The notes: generated by a model not told the origin, from the letters alone. A stretch of 64,000 bases of DNA from Botryllus schlosseri (GCA_051294905.1 CM119371.1:22446001-22510000); one strand, 5' to 3'; shown: positions 11,964 to 25,215, counted from the first letter of the stretch. Numbers and translations are program-made.

Positions 11964-13056
11964 CAGAGGTGGTCAAAGTAGTCAAGAAATCTACTCAAGT
12001 AAAAGTAGAAGTAGCGACGAAAAAATCCACTCAAGTACGAGTAGAAGTACTTTTTCCATAAGCCACCTAAAACTACTTGAAGTAGAAGTAGAATTGACTG
12101 ACTTCAAATCTACTCAAGTAAGTAAGTAGTTTTGAAAACGATCGTAATTCGTTAGCATGGATTGTCAAAAGGTGCAAATTGAGCTATGCGAAAGGTGCCG
12201 AGCTTCATTCATATTGATGCAGACCAGGAGGTATCCGATTTTCGACAGCATAAGCATTCGTCCTCATCATGGGATGAAAATGCTAGTATTGATATGGAAA
12301 TGCGATACTCATCCTCTGTACACGTTTTAGAAAATATCATGGTGTCGCGCCCTCCCGCATATTATAAGGCCCGCCGTTTAGTCAAAGAGCAATACGGAGA
12401 AGTTGTATCGGATACGGTGTAAACACCTTGCGCGATTAGTAAACGTTCATAAAAAATATGGTGGATCGTAAAAATGCCATATATTTCGTAGCTTTATTTC
12501 CGAAATTAAAGGCATTACTACACTAGATTTTATATTTCAACATGTATGTTATCCATACAAAAGAACCGATATTAATATGATCAGTAAATGCTAGATTGCG
12601 AAACATCAGTTTGATGATGAGCCATATATACCGTGATGAAATATTTCATATGGGCGAAGGGCGACAATGTGGTGTGAACGGAACCACGCCAACCCGCTAC
12701 CTAAATTATATTCACCGATACTTTCGTGAAATCGTACTGGTTAGTGGTTACTTCGCATCCACAGCGCGCGAAGCGCGGCGAAAATTCTGGGCTTTACTCA
12801 ACTTTTATGAAAATTAGATGTTGATAATCCGTGAAAACAGCCCGGAATTCTTCAGCCTATCTTCCTGATTGGAGGATTAAACTACTTCTACTTGACAAAC
12901 TGAAAATAGCGAAAAGTAAGTAAGTAGATCAAAAAATATTACGAAGTAGAAGTAGAAGTAGTGAAAATCAGAACTACTTGAGTAAGTACCAGAAGTAGAG
13001 GAAAACTACTTGAGTACTTCTAAAAAGTAGAAGTACTTCGTTACCGACCACCTCTG
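11964..13056. mobile_element. Tol2-like hAT non-autonomous element
   Basis: TIRs CAGAGGTGGTC/GACCACCTCTG, AAGTAG/AAGTAC subterminal repeats, perfect 8-bp TSD GTAGTAGG. Confidence 0.88.
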
Positions 13057-13488
13057 GTAGTAGGGCATATCCTTAATGAGTATTCAGAGCGAATTAACAC
13101 TGAAAACGTCGTTATATATAGCCTACAAAGGACATATAGGTTTAATTGTCCATAGGCGCCTAAATGACTGATGGCACCGAATGTTCCTGTCTTGGCAATA
13201 TGAACCTCAGAAGACGAATTTCATCTGGCAGGTAAAATTTATATGCCAGTGAAGAAACACCAATTTGAAATCGTGTGCGTCTTTTAGTTTAGTACGATTG
13301 GGCGACAGGGATATATAGAACTAGATATCACTGTTTGGCGATATCCCTTTTGGGCGATTCTATATTTTTGGATATAGCAGACAGGAGGTCACGAAATAAC
13401 ATCATGCAACGAAGTCATACCAACGGGTCCGCCCACCCGATTATGTTTAGTTATTAGTTACGGGCCCTACAGTTTCCAAGACACCTCA

Positions 13489-13672
13489 CAATGTTCCCTC
13501 TACGTTTTGACGAGTCTGCGCACACTCACCAACTCACTGCGCAGACCATTGGACAACAGTGCGTAACGACTAAAAAAAGTCATAACTTCGGATTTGTTGT
13601 GCGCAACGTAGATTTTCTGTGCGCAGAGACCGTGTCAGCACTGCGCACGTGTGCAACTTAGGGGGAACATTG
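13489..13672. mobile_element. Small MITE (CAATGTTCCC TIR, TGCGCA repeats)
   Basis: TIRs CAATGTTCCC/GGGAACATTG with flanking CACCTCA duplication. Same family as 59224-60693. Confidence 0.75.
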
Positions 13673-15072
13673 CACCTCACTCAGCTCTGCCAGTAAATCT
13701 GGTAACGTGAGCAGAGAGGACAAGAAAGTGATAGCAATATATATGCAATTCCCGATCTTATTGACCGATGTTATCATGAATTATCGAAAATTTTCGTGCT
13801 TAGTACTGGCTCGGTAAACAGGTCAGCTGATTTCGTGGCAAAAGCAAACAACGTGATGGGGGGCGGTCGGTTTGTCACCCTATGGGAGCCCAAGACCCAA
13901 GTTTTTTGGGGGGCCTGACGAAGTGTCATTTCGTTCCTGCCAACGGGTATACGCACGAAGATGCATAATTATTATTGAGGAGCCCTACCTTTTCAATCAC
14001 ACATCACTCAGCTCTACCGGTAAATCTGTTTACGTGAGCAGAGAGAGGATAAAAATTGATATCAATATATATGCAATTCCCGATCATATTGACCAATTCA
14101 ATCAGTAATTCATGAATTTTTTCGCGCTTCGCGCGTCTAGGCGCGAACAGCTGGCTCAGTGAATGGACACCCAATGTAGATGACCAGTATCAGCAAATAA
14201 CGGATAACCGAGGGGGGGTCTTGGGGTGAAGCCACCCAGAAGTTTGGTTTATCACCCTATGGGGACCCAAGACCAACTATTTTGGGGGGGGGGCTGAGGA
14301 AGTGCTGTTACGGCCCTGGTAACGAATTAATTGTACCTACGGGCACGCCCCAATATGTTTAATTATTAATTACGTGCCCTATATTTTCCAATACAACAGC
14401 TCACTCAGCGCTACTGGTATTTCTGATTACGTGGGCAGAGAGGATAAAAAGTTTATAGCGACATATATATGTAATTACCACCTATTCATTCATGCATTAT
14501 AGAAAATTTTGGCACCTAGGTCGACCAGGCCACACAAACGTTGCTGACCATCGAAATCACGCTACGGGGTTCTTGGGAGCGAAGCCCTCAGAAGTTTGGT
14601 TTATCACGCTATGGGTGCGCAAGGCAATCGTTTTAGGGGGGTTGACGAAGTGCGGTTACGGACCTCATTGTTTTTATTACATTCCTTACAATATGAGGTT
14701 GGGGGCGCTGGAGCACGATAATCTTCGAAAGGGGGCGCTGGAGGAAAAAAGGTTAAGAACCACTGCACTAGTGCATGGTCGACAATGCAGCGGAACATAG
14801 CGACTTATCATTTTCGACCAGGTCGTACCAAAAACTACCAGGTATACGTTTATTCGAAAATATTATAGTCGTGTCCACCGATGACTCTTCGATCTGCTGC
14901 GTTAAAATCTCAGTCCAGACATCTCGTTTGGCGTATACCAAAACCGGTAGTAATCTGGGTATAATTGACCGTGAATGAATATATCGGTCTGCGTAATTTG
15001 TTTCAAGACTGGCTTAGGTAGAACTTGATTGGGGTCTCTATTACAGTTTCTGTCGTAACGCATTAGCTATAC

Positions 15073-16368
15073 CAGGGGTCACCAACCTTTTTGCAACCGA
15101 GGGCTACTTTTGCGTAATGATTGAAGCGGGGGGGCTACTATTTACTCCCGCCGTTTACCCGCACCACACTGAATTTCCGCTTTGATATTCATAGCACTGG
15201 GCATGACTGGACATCATGTTATCTGTTTCTATAGCAGTCAGTGAGAAGCCTGGCATTGTATGATATCAACTAGTGCGCTGTACTCTGGTATTTAACTTGA
15301 CACTGCAATTCTGAGTGACTGTTCCAGATGTGCATTAATTAAGCGTGTTTTGTGTCTGTTTTTGATGAAGTTCGTGTCCGAAAAGGCTGATTCACAACGA
15401 TAAGTTGAACCATAGACGCTTGCAACCTTCATAGTTGCTGCGCATACACCACTGTACTTTTCCGTATCAACAATGCACCAAATGTTTGCTGCAGACTGAG
15501 GTGGGGGTCATTTTGCATGCAGTGTTACAATTTCAATCTCCAACTGTTCAGCATCCGGAAATGACAAGATTTCATTATACCGGACAGCAGCAACGATTAC
15601 AGAAAGTTAGAAACATAGTATACAGAAACAAGCTGTGCCAAAAGGCTGATTCACAACGATAAGTTGAACCATAGACGCTTGCAACCTTCATAGTTGCTGC
15701 GCATACACCACTGTACTTTTCCGTATCAACAATGCACCAAATGTTTGCTGCAGACTGAGGTGGGGGTCATTTTGCATGCAGTGTTACAATTTCAATCTCC
15801 AACTGTTCAGCATCCGGAAATGACAAGATTTCATTATACCGGACAGCAGCAACGATTACAGAAAGTTAGAAACATAGTATACAGAAACAAGCTGTGCCAA
15901 AAGATGCAATACGTAATGGGTATACAGATATATAAAAATCTGCTAGTAGGCCTACTTCACGGCTATCTGACTCCGAATACTAATATTGTTTACTATACTT
16001 CGGCATTTTCCTGGTCGTCGAGCTATAATGGAACCCCCCACCATTTCAAAAAGACCGTGAACGGCATTCCGTCATGCCGCCTGTATAGGCAATGCGCCGT
16101 ATCTTGAATTTCTGGTGATTCTATCAAATACATCTATATATTACTAATTGTAATTGAAGATATTTCAAGTGTTTATAAGTTACATTAGTGTGTTTTAAAC
16201 AAGAATAGCTGAATCGACCAATCTATATATCTAAAAGCTCACTGGTAATAATCTGACGAATATTGGTAAATGCTGCTATTCCACCTATTTTCAGAACGGG
16301 CTCGTGGGCTACTCATCTAGTCCTCGCGGGCTACCTGGTGCCCGCGGGCACCGGGTTGGTGACCCCTG
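15073..16368 (-). mobile_element. hAT (Buster/Charlie-type) deletion derivative with transposase C-terminal remnant
   Basis: 15-bp TIRs CAGGGGTCACCAACC; perfect TSD AGCTATAC. Minus strand about 15240-15435 reads VYGSTYRCESAFSDTNFIKNRHKTRL...QCQASH*, a hAT dimerization-domain signature. Confidence 0.88.
15381..15903. repeat. Perfect 259-bp tandem duplication
   Basis: Two identical units starting at 15381 and 15640, with AAAAG microhomology at the junction. ORFs 15435 and 15694 begin identically. Confidence 0.93.
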
Positions 16369-16762
16369 AGCTATACTGTTTAACGACATCCCCGAACTCT
16401 CATATCCAAGATGTTTCCTTCAATTTTAACAGTGCCCAAAAACGTGTACATTTGCCGGTTTGAAACGATACTGTTGTATAATAATGAATATAAATAATAT
16501 ATAGTGGAATAATACCATAACCTACGAATAACCAGTTTCACAGCTTTATTGAGACTGGCATGTGAATCACAGACTAAATCGCTGTTTGAATTTAGGATAC
16601 ACTGCATGACACAAATCACAACGAGCGGATGGTTTATTTACACCAGTCTCTCTAGGTGTCGCCCTACTTTGAAATGAATGTTATTGATCGCGTGATTTGT
16701 TTGTGGACAAGGGTAATTAATTCCATCGGTTACCTCGTCGATGGGATAACATATCGCGCTGC

Positions 16763-17286
16763 GCTGTGATCGTATAGTGGTTAGTAGGGCTGGGCACAAT
16801 GATTCGAGTACTCGAATCTGAATCGAGTATTAATTTTAATGATTCGAGTCGAGTAGTAAAAGACGATTTTTTCGAGTAATGAAGTTACACGCTCCTCTCC
16901 ACTCAAAGGTAATTTATCGATGAGAATTATAGTTTCGATACTATTTTCCACTGAGAAAACCCTGAAACCTTGATTGGCCGTATCACAACGTACGAAACAT
17001 ATAGTACAAAGTTACGCGCGTTAGTGAAAATAACACTTTTCCGAAGTCATGTGATGGATAACCAGCATTATATTTTCTGTGGTTGCATAAAAGGTGCTCA
17101 TTTGATACTTGTCATATTACATTCTGTTATGACGTCATAATGAGCGATACTCGAATACTCGACTCGACTCGAAGCATTTTACGTGATTCAGAATCGAATC
17201 ACTCAGGTACTCGATTTTGCCCAGCCCTAGTGGTTAGTACCTCACGTTGTGGCCGTGATAACCCAGGTTCGAATCCTGGTCACAGC
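16763..17286 (+). pseudogene. tRNA-His(GUG) copy 2, split by a MITE
   Basis: 5' part GCTGTGATCGTATAGTGGTTAG (16763-16784). The sequence resumes at 17230 with GTGGTTAGTACCTCACGTTGTGGCCGTGA...TCACAGC. Confidence 0.92.
16785..17229. mobile_element. hAT-type MITE inserted in the tRNA-His D arm
   Basis: TIRs TAGGGCTGGGCA/TGCCCAGCCCTA; perfect 8-bp TSD GTGGTTAG; TCGAGTA/TCGAAT subterminal repeats. Confidence 0.93.
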
Positions 17287-18698
17287 TTATTTTTACGACT
17301 GTTACGAATTGCAAATGAGTTTCGCGGGGAAAACATATCACGTTAATACGACATTTCTTGACGACCGTTTGCTTTGACAATTTTATTCTGGCGGCCGCGA
17401 TTTGAATGTATACTAATATTTCGATGATAGTTTTTTTTTAGCACATGTTATCGTGAACGCATTATATCGCGCATTCGAACAGACATCGAATTACCGCGAC
17501 GCTGGATATTGACCGGCCAGATGTAAACCGACATCTAAGAACTAAACATATAAATCGACTGGAATCGTTCTGCGGATACCCTATATTTCGCAACGCTAGT
17601 AGGAATGAAATCATTCTATTAATGTGCCTAATGTATCCTCATTGCCGTCATTGTACAATGTACATAATGTGTCCGTGCAAGTGGCATAGCAATCTCAACA
17701 GTAGAAGTAAATGTAGCAAGCATTTGGTTCGGCCAGGCAGTTGTGAGTATCATCATCATCCTCATCATCATAAACATCATCTAATAAAATTTCGCCGGTT
17801 GGAAGACCACAAGATTGCTATACAGGACAAACTGAAAAGATAAGAAGAACTTTCAATCAAACATCCACAAGCAGATATTTTGAAAAGACCATTCAAATCG
17901 GAGTCATACACATTAAAGAGGGCTCGCCGAATGAAGAGTACCAGAGGAAAACATGAATATGACAAGAAATAAGCATATAGAGAGTAGAGACTCGTTTGCA
18001 TCGGTAGACGCGTAGGTGAAATCGATATATCAGGTCGAAGTCCGTTTATTTCAACAGTAGACTCATATTCATTTTAGTGCTAATTGATGTCTAGAGAAGT
18101 CAAATATCAAGCCAATATATCTTTATATCAGTTATATGTATATTGTAATCTATAGGACTACCAGTAGGCCTACAGCTAATTTGGTTGTGCAAGTGCAGGT
18201 ATTCCCGGCTTGCTTTTGCTTTTTACTATTGAACAATTGAACATGCTCGGCGACTGTCTGATTACCAGGGATATAGTGTTCTCCAGTCGATATCCGTCAT
18301 TCTTCACTAATCGTTGCGTTTGCTTATAATTCGTGCTGATTATATGTTAATTGAACAATGACGACTCAAGTGTCTTGTACTTATGCAGTAAAGCAGACAC
18401 AGTAACTCAAGTGTGATTGTGAACGCTTGTGTGTATATAACAATTTAATCGGGGACTTCGGAATAACTTGTACATTGATGGGCTGAGTCACCCATTGCTC
18501 CTGTCAACACTGTTGTCGTGATTATTGCTGTTTCGTTTCTCAGATCTGTTTTGAAACGCCTCATTCGAATCGTTCGGCAGCAACAAGTGGAATTGATTTC
18601 GAAACTACGACTACATTCTTGACTGAACGTGCCGATTTCCAGCCGGCTTTTATGATCTCATGAGCCGATGTTGTTGGTGGGATAGCCCATCGAGTTGC

Positions 18699-18768
18699 GC
18701 TGCGATCGTACGGTGGTTACTACCTATCGTTGTTTCCGGGAAAACCCGGTTCGATCCTGGTCACAGCA
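18699..18768 (+). pseudogene. Degenerate tRNA-His copy 3
   Basis: GCTGCGATCGTACGGTGGTTAC...GGTTCGATCCTGGTCACAGCA; anticodon arm is disrupted; upstream flank is the same as copy 1. Confidence 0.85.
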
Positions 18769-19398
18769 CGTTTTTTCCTCATGTTCATTTAGGAAGCTAT
18801 ATCGTCGACGACTCCTTTCTATCAAACCTATCTGTAAACTTGATCACGCATATGCAATATATTCCAGTACCAATACCTTTATCCATATTCGTTTATTACC
18901 TTGGAAAAATTTTCGCGCATGGCGCGATAAGTAAACAAATACACACTCATTTTGAAGACAATATTATTAGCGAGGCTGGTGCGTAGTTATAGCCAATAGG
19001 CATCAACAGCTATGTCATGCGTTCACCGGGAATCACGTGATGTCGAACTTGGGTTACATATAGAAAGAGCGCGCGTGTGTGTGGGTGTCACTGACTCGTA
19101 TGCACAAAGGGTAGTGATGGAACTGCCCGTAGAAAGCTTGAGGTTGTATTAATTCACGCTATGTTGGGTCCAAAAGCATCGCTTATTGTGGGCTAACAAA
19201 TGAGTGTTATGGCCCTGCTTGAAATCAACGCTTGGTTTCTTACTCATCAAATATTTGCCTCGCCTCAAGGCCTACTAGGCCATGCCCGCCTCCAAATCTG
19301 TTTTCTGGCTGAGCCGCCGTTTTACGTATGTGTGATACATCGTATACGCTTCAAACACGTAAATCTCCATTACGGGTTAAATTCACGGAACGGACAGT

Positions 19399-20076
19399 TT
19401 AAAGTACCGAAGGTTTCCTAAAACCAAATAATTCGAAATCGAGTTGATAACGCTTGTATATTTCTTCAATAGTTTTGGTAGAAACTGACGCTAAGTAGCC
19501 ATTCACTTTCTCCTGGTCTGTTTGCCTTGACGATTCGTAATTTGCAGGAAACGTAATGTTGTCCATGCTCACGAGCTTCATGAACGCAGCCATGTCGTCG
19601 TTGATTGTTTCGACATGTAAGATAAAGTCATACCGTATCGTGCATGGTAGACACAGTTCATGGTAAAAACTCCAATGACGATCACGTTCCTTATCCATGG
19701 CTGCGTACCCCAGAAATTCACCGAACGTCGCTGATATGTTACGGCGGCTGTCGCCTGATATAATCGTATGAATCATTCTAGAGAAATTTGTAAATTCTCT
19801 ATTCCACGGATATTCTCTTTCGAGTTTGGACCTGTAGGCGGACAAAAGTCTGTAAAGAGGATCGCGGACAATTATTAGTCTTTTGTAAGTCTTTAATTTT
19901 TCAATTATTTCCCTTGAGTTCCGTAGCTTTCTCAAATTTAAGTTGGCGTTGGTTAATTGGACAGCGAATCCCGACTCGACTTTTGACAGGTCTGATGCAT
20001 TCACCAACTTTTCGGCTGTAACGAGTACTTTCTTCATACTCGAACTTGCACACTTTGGTATCTCGCAGAGAATGAA
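19399..20076 (-). CDS. Carbohydrate sulfotransferase (CHST/HNK-1ST-like, Sulfotransfer_2) paralog A, exon 3
   Basis: Acceptor ctacag|TTC. Encodes FILCEIPKCASSSMKK (5'-PSB PAPS motif), IVRDPLYRLLSAY (3'-PB motif), HW...LCLPCTIRYDFI, and ends YQLDFELFGF. Confidence 0.9.
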   Translation of the reverse strand, partial: FILCEIPKCASSSMKKVLVTAEKLVNASDLSKVESGFAVQLTNANLNLRKLRNSREIIEKLKTYKRLIIVRDPLYRLLSAYRSKLEREYPWNREFTNFSRMIHTIISGDSRRNISATFGEFLGYAAMDKERDRHWSFYHELCLPCTIRYDFILHVETINDDMAAFMKLVSMDNITFPANYESSRQTDQEKVNGYLASVSTKTIEEIYKRYQLDFELFGFRKPSVL

Positions 20077-20539
20077 CTGTAGATAGAATTACCCGTTACA
20101 TAAGTTTGGCCATATACGTTGAACGCGGTAAAAACAAGAAGTCACCCCGTGAATCACCAGATCAGAAATAGTGAATCCAACTTGTTCGACATAAGTCCTT
20201 CCTTTACTACAAAATTTTATGTATTTTACGACTCAACAAAATTCGTAGTCTCTCGACCCTGGTTCGACCCTATACACATGACTCGGTGATCCAGTTCTGG
20301 GGCAACGGAATTGAGTCCACCAGCGATGTGCGGTCAGGCGAGGAGGGTGAAACTGTGCCTCGCCATTAGTCAGGGTAAGTAGATAAAAGCTTTGAAAACG
20401 TTTACCGGAATCTTTGGGATATGTCCCATGAGTTTTCTGCTAACGACTCTTGTAGTATCAATGACCATCGGTGCAATAATATTATTTGTATAATAAATAT
20501 TGAATTTAACGCAATTTAGCCGTCATCGATGTCACTCAC

Positions 20540-20797
20540 TTTATGATTATCCGAGTACAACAGCTTGACGCTCCGATGCAACAATCTAACGTCAAAATCA
20601 TCGCTGATGTTTCCCAAATTGTGACGCTTACATTCTTCCCGAAGCAGCGAGCGACGCTGGATTTGGAGTTCGTTAAACCTGCCTTCATCCACAGTCGGGT
20701 GGATCTCGAGCTGTGTGAAATGGGTCGTCATTTTGATACGTTCCCGCGGTCCCTTCATTACAGGAGCCGGGAATCTTGTCGAATAATAATAAGCGAG
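20540..20797 (-). CDS. CHST-like paralog A, exon 2 (stem region)
   Basis: Acceptor ttgcag|CTC and donor AAA|gtgagt, 258 nt, phase 0. Encodes RRSLLREECK...LLYSDNHK and splices in frame to FILCEIPK. Confidence 0.82.
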
Positions 20798-20900
20798 CTG
20801 CAACGAATTGAATAGCAAAGATGTCCGATACTGAGTAGCAAACAAAAGCTCGACCAAGCGTACCAACAACAAGAGTCAAGACAGAAAGGGTCAAATTATC

Positions 20901-21192
20901 GGTGTCCGGTTAATACCGAGAATGCTATTACCGAGAATGCTATTACAGAGAAGGACAATACCGAGAATGAACATTACCGAGAATTGACAATACCGAGAAT
21001 GGACATTACCGAGAATGGACACCACCGAGAATGGACATTACCGAGAATGCTATATATGCAATGCAGGCATGTTATGCGTATGAGCAGTGTCCATTCTCGG
21101 TAATGTCCGTTCTCGGTAATGTCCATTCTTGGTAGTAGTATTCTCGGTAATGCCCATCTTGGTAATAGCATTCTCCGTAATAGTATGGAACC
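20901..21192. mobile_element. Merlin-like (GG...CC ended) MITE with inverted 15-16-bp tandem arrays
   Basis: Arrays of GAGAATG(G)ACATTACC-like units and their reverse complement. 8-bp flanks AAATTATC/AAATTCTC. Absent at the paralogous site near 33848. Confidence 0.7.
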
Positions 21193-21229
21193 AAATTCTC
21201 GAGGAGCCCAAAATATACAGTGTCTAAAT

Positions 21230-22055
21230 CAGGGGCAGCCAACCTTTTCGGCCCATGGGCCGCACGAGATTTACGAACCATTGCGCGGGCCACTTGAACG
21301 TCAATGACCTTTTTAAGTCGTCGATAGTAGCGAACTCGATTAGGTAACGATGAAAACGAGACTTATTGTACTTCGCGCATTAAAATCGATAACAGTTATG
21401 TCATGAGATTTTCTGATAGCAAATGAATGGATGTGGTCAATAATATTTATACTTACATATATTGCGGGTCGGCTTTATAAACTGCTGGACTCATTTGCAA
21501 GGACATAATTATTCAACGCTTAGACATATCAATATCGAAGATTTCGGTGAACATGCGTCTATCATTTTGTGCAAAGGTTTCATCGCCGACAATCTTTCTG
21601 TGAGTGCAGAGCAGACGCGAAGTCACAAGTTGGACGACACGTTCTCTCATAATTGCGATTGTAGTTCGACTAAACTCTGTGGATTGGGGGTATTTTCATT
21701 TTTAATTTTCTGGAGGGAGCACCAATACTAACACAAAGAATTCGAATGACAAAAATTATCAACTCAAATAAATTTGCCACGAAATATTATACTATCTGGT
21801 CATATACAAAGATCTAGGAAAGAAGTGGCCGGCCACTGGCAACGCCAATTCGTCGGAACTGATATTTTAATCATCAACATCCGAAATTTCGCTGTCCGGC
21901 TAATCAAACCTTGGTTGGCCTTGCAAGTTCACAATAATTTACCTGGGTAATTCATTTATTTGGTATTACAAATAATCTCGGGAAATACCTTGCGGATCAC
22001 TCAAAACCTTCTCGCGGCCACATTCGGCCCACAGGCCACTGGTTGGCCGATCCCG
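21230..22055. mobile_element. hAT-type MITE in intron 1 of paralog A
   Basis: CAGGGGCAGCCAACC / GGTTGGCCGATCCCG; degenerate TSD GTCTAAAT/GTCTGAAC; absent from the paralog B intron. Confidence 0.65.
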
Positions 22056-22872
22056 GTCTGAACAGTACGTCATTCAAATAGGATATAGTGTCAAACAGTG
22101 CGTCTCATGATAGTCAGGCGATAATAATACTGATCCAGTCAAGGTGTCGGTTAAGGATAAATGGTGATGGTGGTTCTCACCCTTTAACAGCCTGGCTAAC
22201 CCTTGCGCCAAACTTGCGCCTTCAAGCCTATCCTAAATTTTCGCAGAGTCACAAAAACAAAGTCGTCTACAGAAATCTACCACAATTAGACGAAGTGGAG
22301 CAAAATGCCATTAATCTAACTACAATCAGATTTTTGCAAAGTTTGTATGCTCGGATTCTAAATTTAATCTGATTTGTGGTTATCCTGAAATACTACAGGA
22401 GATATGTATGGTGCGAAACGAGCAAAGCATGGTGTACAGACATTTGCCATTCTTATGCTTATGAAAATGAGCACTGATTTGATATGAACTAAACTTTTTT
22501 TGCTGTTTGCTAACTCGGGTCTGTAACCACGTTACGCACATAATACATTATCATAAAACACTGCTGCAAAAACCGAACTGTGCATCAACGACAGTGCCAA
22601 ATGAAAGAAATCAATATAACATGTTTGCACTATAAAACAGATATTTACTGCTTATCAGTGTGACTCCACTTGTATGACTCGGTTTTCATCTCCGCGGAAC
22701 CAATGGGAGAGTCGCAACAAACTTCTGGGATTGGTATCATTCCCGGTTAAGCATCACTGCGTTAATGTGGGGTTTAGAGCGATGTTAACTTGTGTCAAGG
22801 TTGTGATTAAAGGTGAGGTTCAGGATAGCTTATATTGTGGTTAGTGTGACGGTTAGAGTTAGATATACTTAC

Positions 22873-22968
22873 CAAATATCTGCTACATATAAATTTGTAG
22901 ATTACAACAGCCGCACCAAATGCTAGGATCCTATGTCTCACTTTAGAACTATTCCGTATTGCCGGCAT
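22873..22968 (-). CDS. CHST-like paralog A, exon 1 (cytoplasmic tail plus signal-anchor)
   Basis: ATG-started 96-nt exon MPAIRNSSKVRHRILAFGAAVVIYKFICSRYL followed by gtaagt. Length and phase are conserved in paralog B. Confidence 0.75.
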
Positions 22969-25215
22969 AACGCTGGTGATAAAGTAGCTTTAATCTTTAA
23001 TTATCTGCAATACGGAAGCACACAGTTATCAAATCGTGTTATGATACTACTAACCACAGTGTCACCATCACATCACACTATGGAATCAATACGTCATGTC
23101 CGATGCCATGGTCGCAGTACTGTGAAAAACCCACGATCATTTGAAACAGACTAAAATCACGCAAGCCAGTTCCCCATCAAAAGCCATCGCTCCTCGCAGT
23201 GCATAAATAACTGCCCAACTACTTCGTATAATCTCACAGGACACAATGAACGACACTTTCTAGAAATTCTGCCGACTTCGGAATATGTCCATTGATGAGC
23301 ACGATCATCATTGACCACAAAGAATGAACTTTTTCGGTAAACCGATTGAATAGATTGATGACCCCAAATTACCTTGACCGAATCGATTTTGCATTTTTAC
23401 TGAGTATTTGGCTGCTTTACACAGCAATCGTTTCAAAACTACGCTGCAGTTGCCTTCTAAACCTACACCGCACCCTTTGCTCTCACCGCCCAATTTTGTA
23501 GCCAGACCCCCCCAATCGCCCATTTCATGGTCAGCATCCCCTTCAAGCTCGTGAACGCCCCCAGGGGGCGCTGGACTACATCCACCTTTGCCTAACATGT
23601 TTTACTTAAATCCACTTACTCTTCGGACTTTGGATTATGTGAAGTCGAAATTAGTTTTGCAATATGGTCCCATCGATGTTACCTAATAGCCACTGTATCG
23701 TGGAGCCTGACTACTTGTTTGAAAATTGCATCTATATGTACTGGTATTTGTCATTTTGATTTGATCGGGAATATGCAGCCTGCAATTTCGAAAGTTTGCC
23801 ACGTCTTGACCGAATCTACTTTTAGAAACTCCTTACTTTGGTATTCTTCAAATCTTCAATTACTATTTTCTCTTGAGGTAGTTTTGAGATATCTGCGACA
23901 TCACTACTTTCGCTAGTAATTCAGTGAACATTTACGGCTTCACTTCTACTTCTACTCGAGTGCCAGTAATAACTTAGTTGGCCACCCCCGCATGTACATC
24001 CCTACCTTATATATCTGCTACTTGACGTATAGTTTACCGCGATAGCTGATATCAGTTCAAATGAAATCGCCTCAAAATTGAATATATTCAGGAGTTTTTC
24101 CATTGACAAAGTCGATATCTAAGAGCTCACTTTCTCTAATATATGTTGCAGACTTTCGGATAAACTGTTACTTCTGTTGTAAGCCGGAAATCTTTGTGTA
24201 ATATATATTGTTCAGCAATTAAATACTGGCCAGTCCGCACACGTTTTTGCTAGTCCCACCCTACACCGATTGTCTAATTACATCACCTCACATTGCAATT
24301 CTTTCTATATTGTGTGTAATACCGACACGAATGTATGTTTCTCGTTAAAAAATGCACAGAAGATTGCCGAAGTTGTCGATCCGCAAAATTGGGCCATGGC
24401 CCACTGGTTGAGAACCCCTGCTCTAAGCTAATGATTCACAACCTTTTTAATAGCTGTCTGTATTTCCATATCCTAATAAGTAACATCCATGTCGTTATAG
24501 TCTGTTGAAAATTATGTTATTCCTTGTCTGGCATTGCGAGAAACGTAAGATTTCCGCCCTGAACAACTATTGCTGGGAAATGCTGTAGCCTATGTCATGA
24601 ACATAGCTTTCTGATTCACCGTGGTCTATTTTCAGTTGTCATGACATCAATAGTGAACATGATCGCTTCCTGATATAAATGACGCATATCTATTCGTTGT
24701 GTGTACAAATCAAACTTAGGAACGAAAATATATTTCACAAGTTGCCAATCTACTGACTCTGTATAACTTGACGTAGCGTAGAGACCATTTGTAATGTGTG
24801 TATATTTGTGACTAACTGCATCCAGTAACCCTTTCCTCTTTCAATAGAACGAAGAAGAGTTTCAAATGCTGGTGGAGGAACGTCGAAAAGATGCATGATA
24901 GAAATGGGCGCATGTTTGGAAACGAGGCCTATACTATCGGTAAAATGTACTTGTTGTCTTGTTGATTTGCATTACATTTTTGTGGATGTCTTGAATCGCT
25001 GGAGCATCCTGCATCTTGAATTTTCATCCTAACTAATAGGTAGTACCTAATATAATCTTAACTTATTGCAGTGAAATGAAGCCAATGAGACTAAGAAAGG
25101 ACCACAAGAACTACAGGTTTCACGGAAACGAATATATTGTCAATCATGATTTGTCAGGTGAGTTCAAAGACTTGCTGCATGTTTGTTCTGGAACTTTTTG
25201 CGCATAGACATAGAA

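Larger units (their letters stand above)
11815..14765. mobile_element. Composite hAT-type element (TGGTTCTTAACC ends, GGGGGCGCTGG subterminal repeats) with nested insertions
   Basis: Left end TGGTTCTTAACC is degenerate; right end is GGTTAAGAACCACTG. GGGGCGCTGG repeats occur at both ends. The interior is homologous to 34960-35740 and 60060-60610. Confidence 0.6.

Noticed and set aside
20901..21192. Regular 15-16-bp repeats resembling a CRISPR array
   Set aside because: There are no unique spacers, the arrays are inverted about a centre and flanked by a TSD, and there are no cas genes; it is a MITE.
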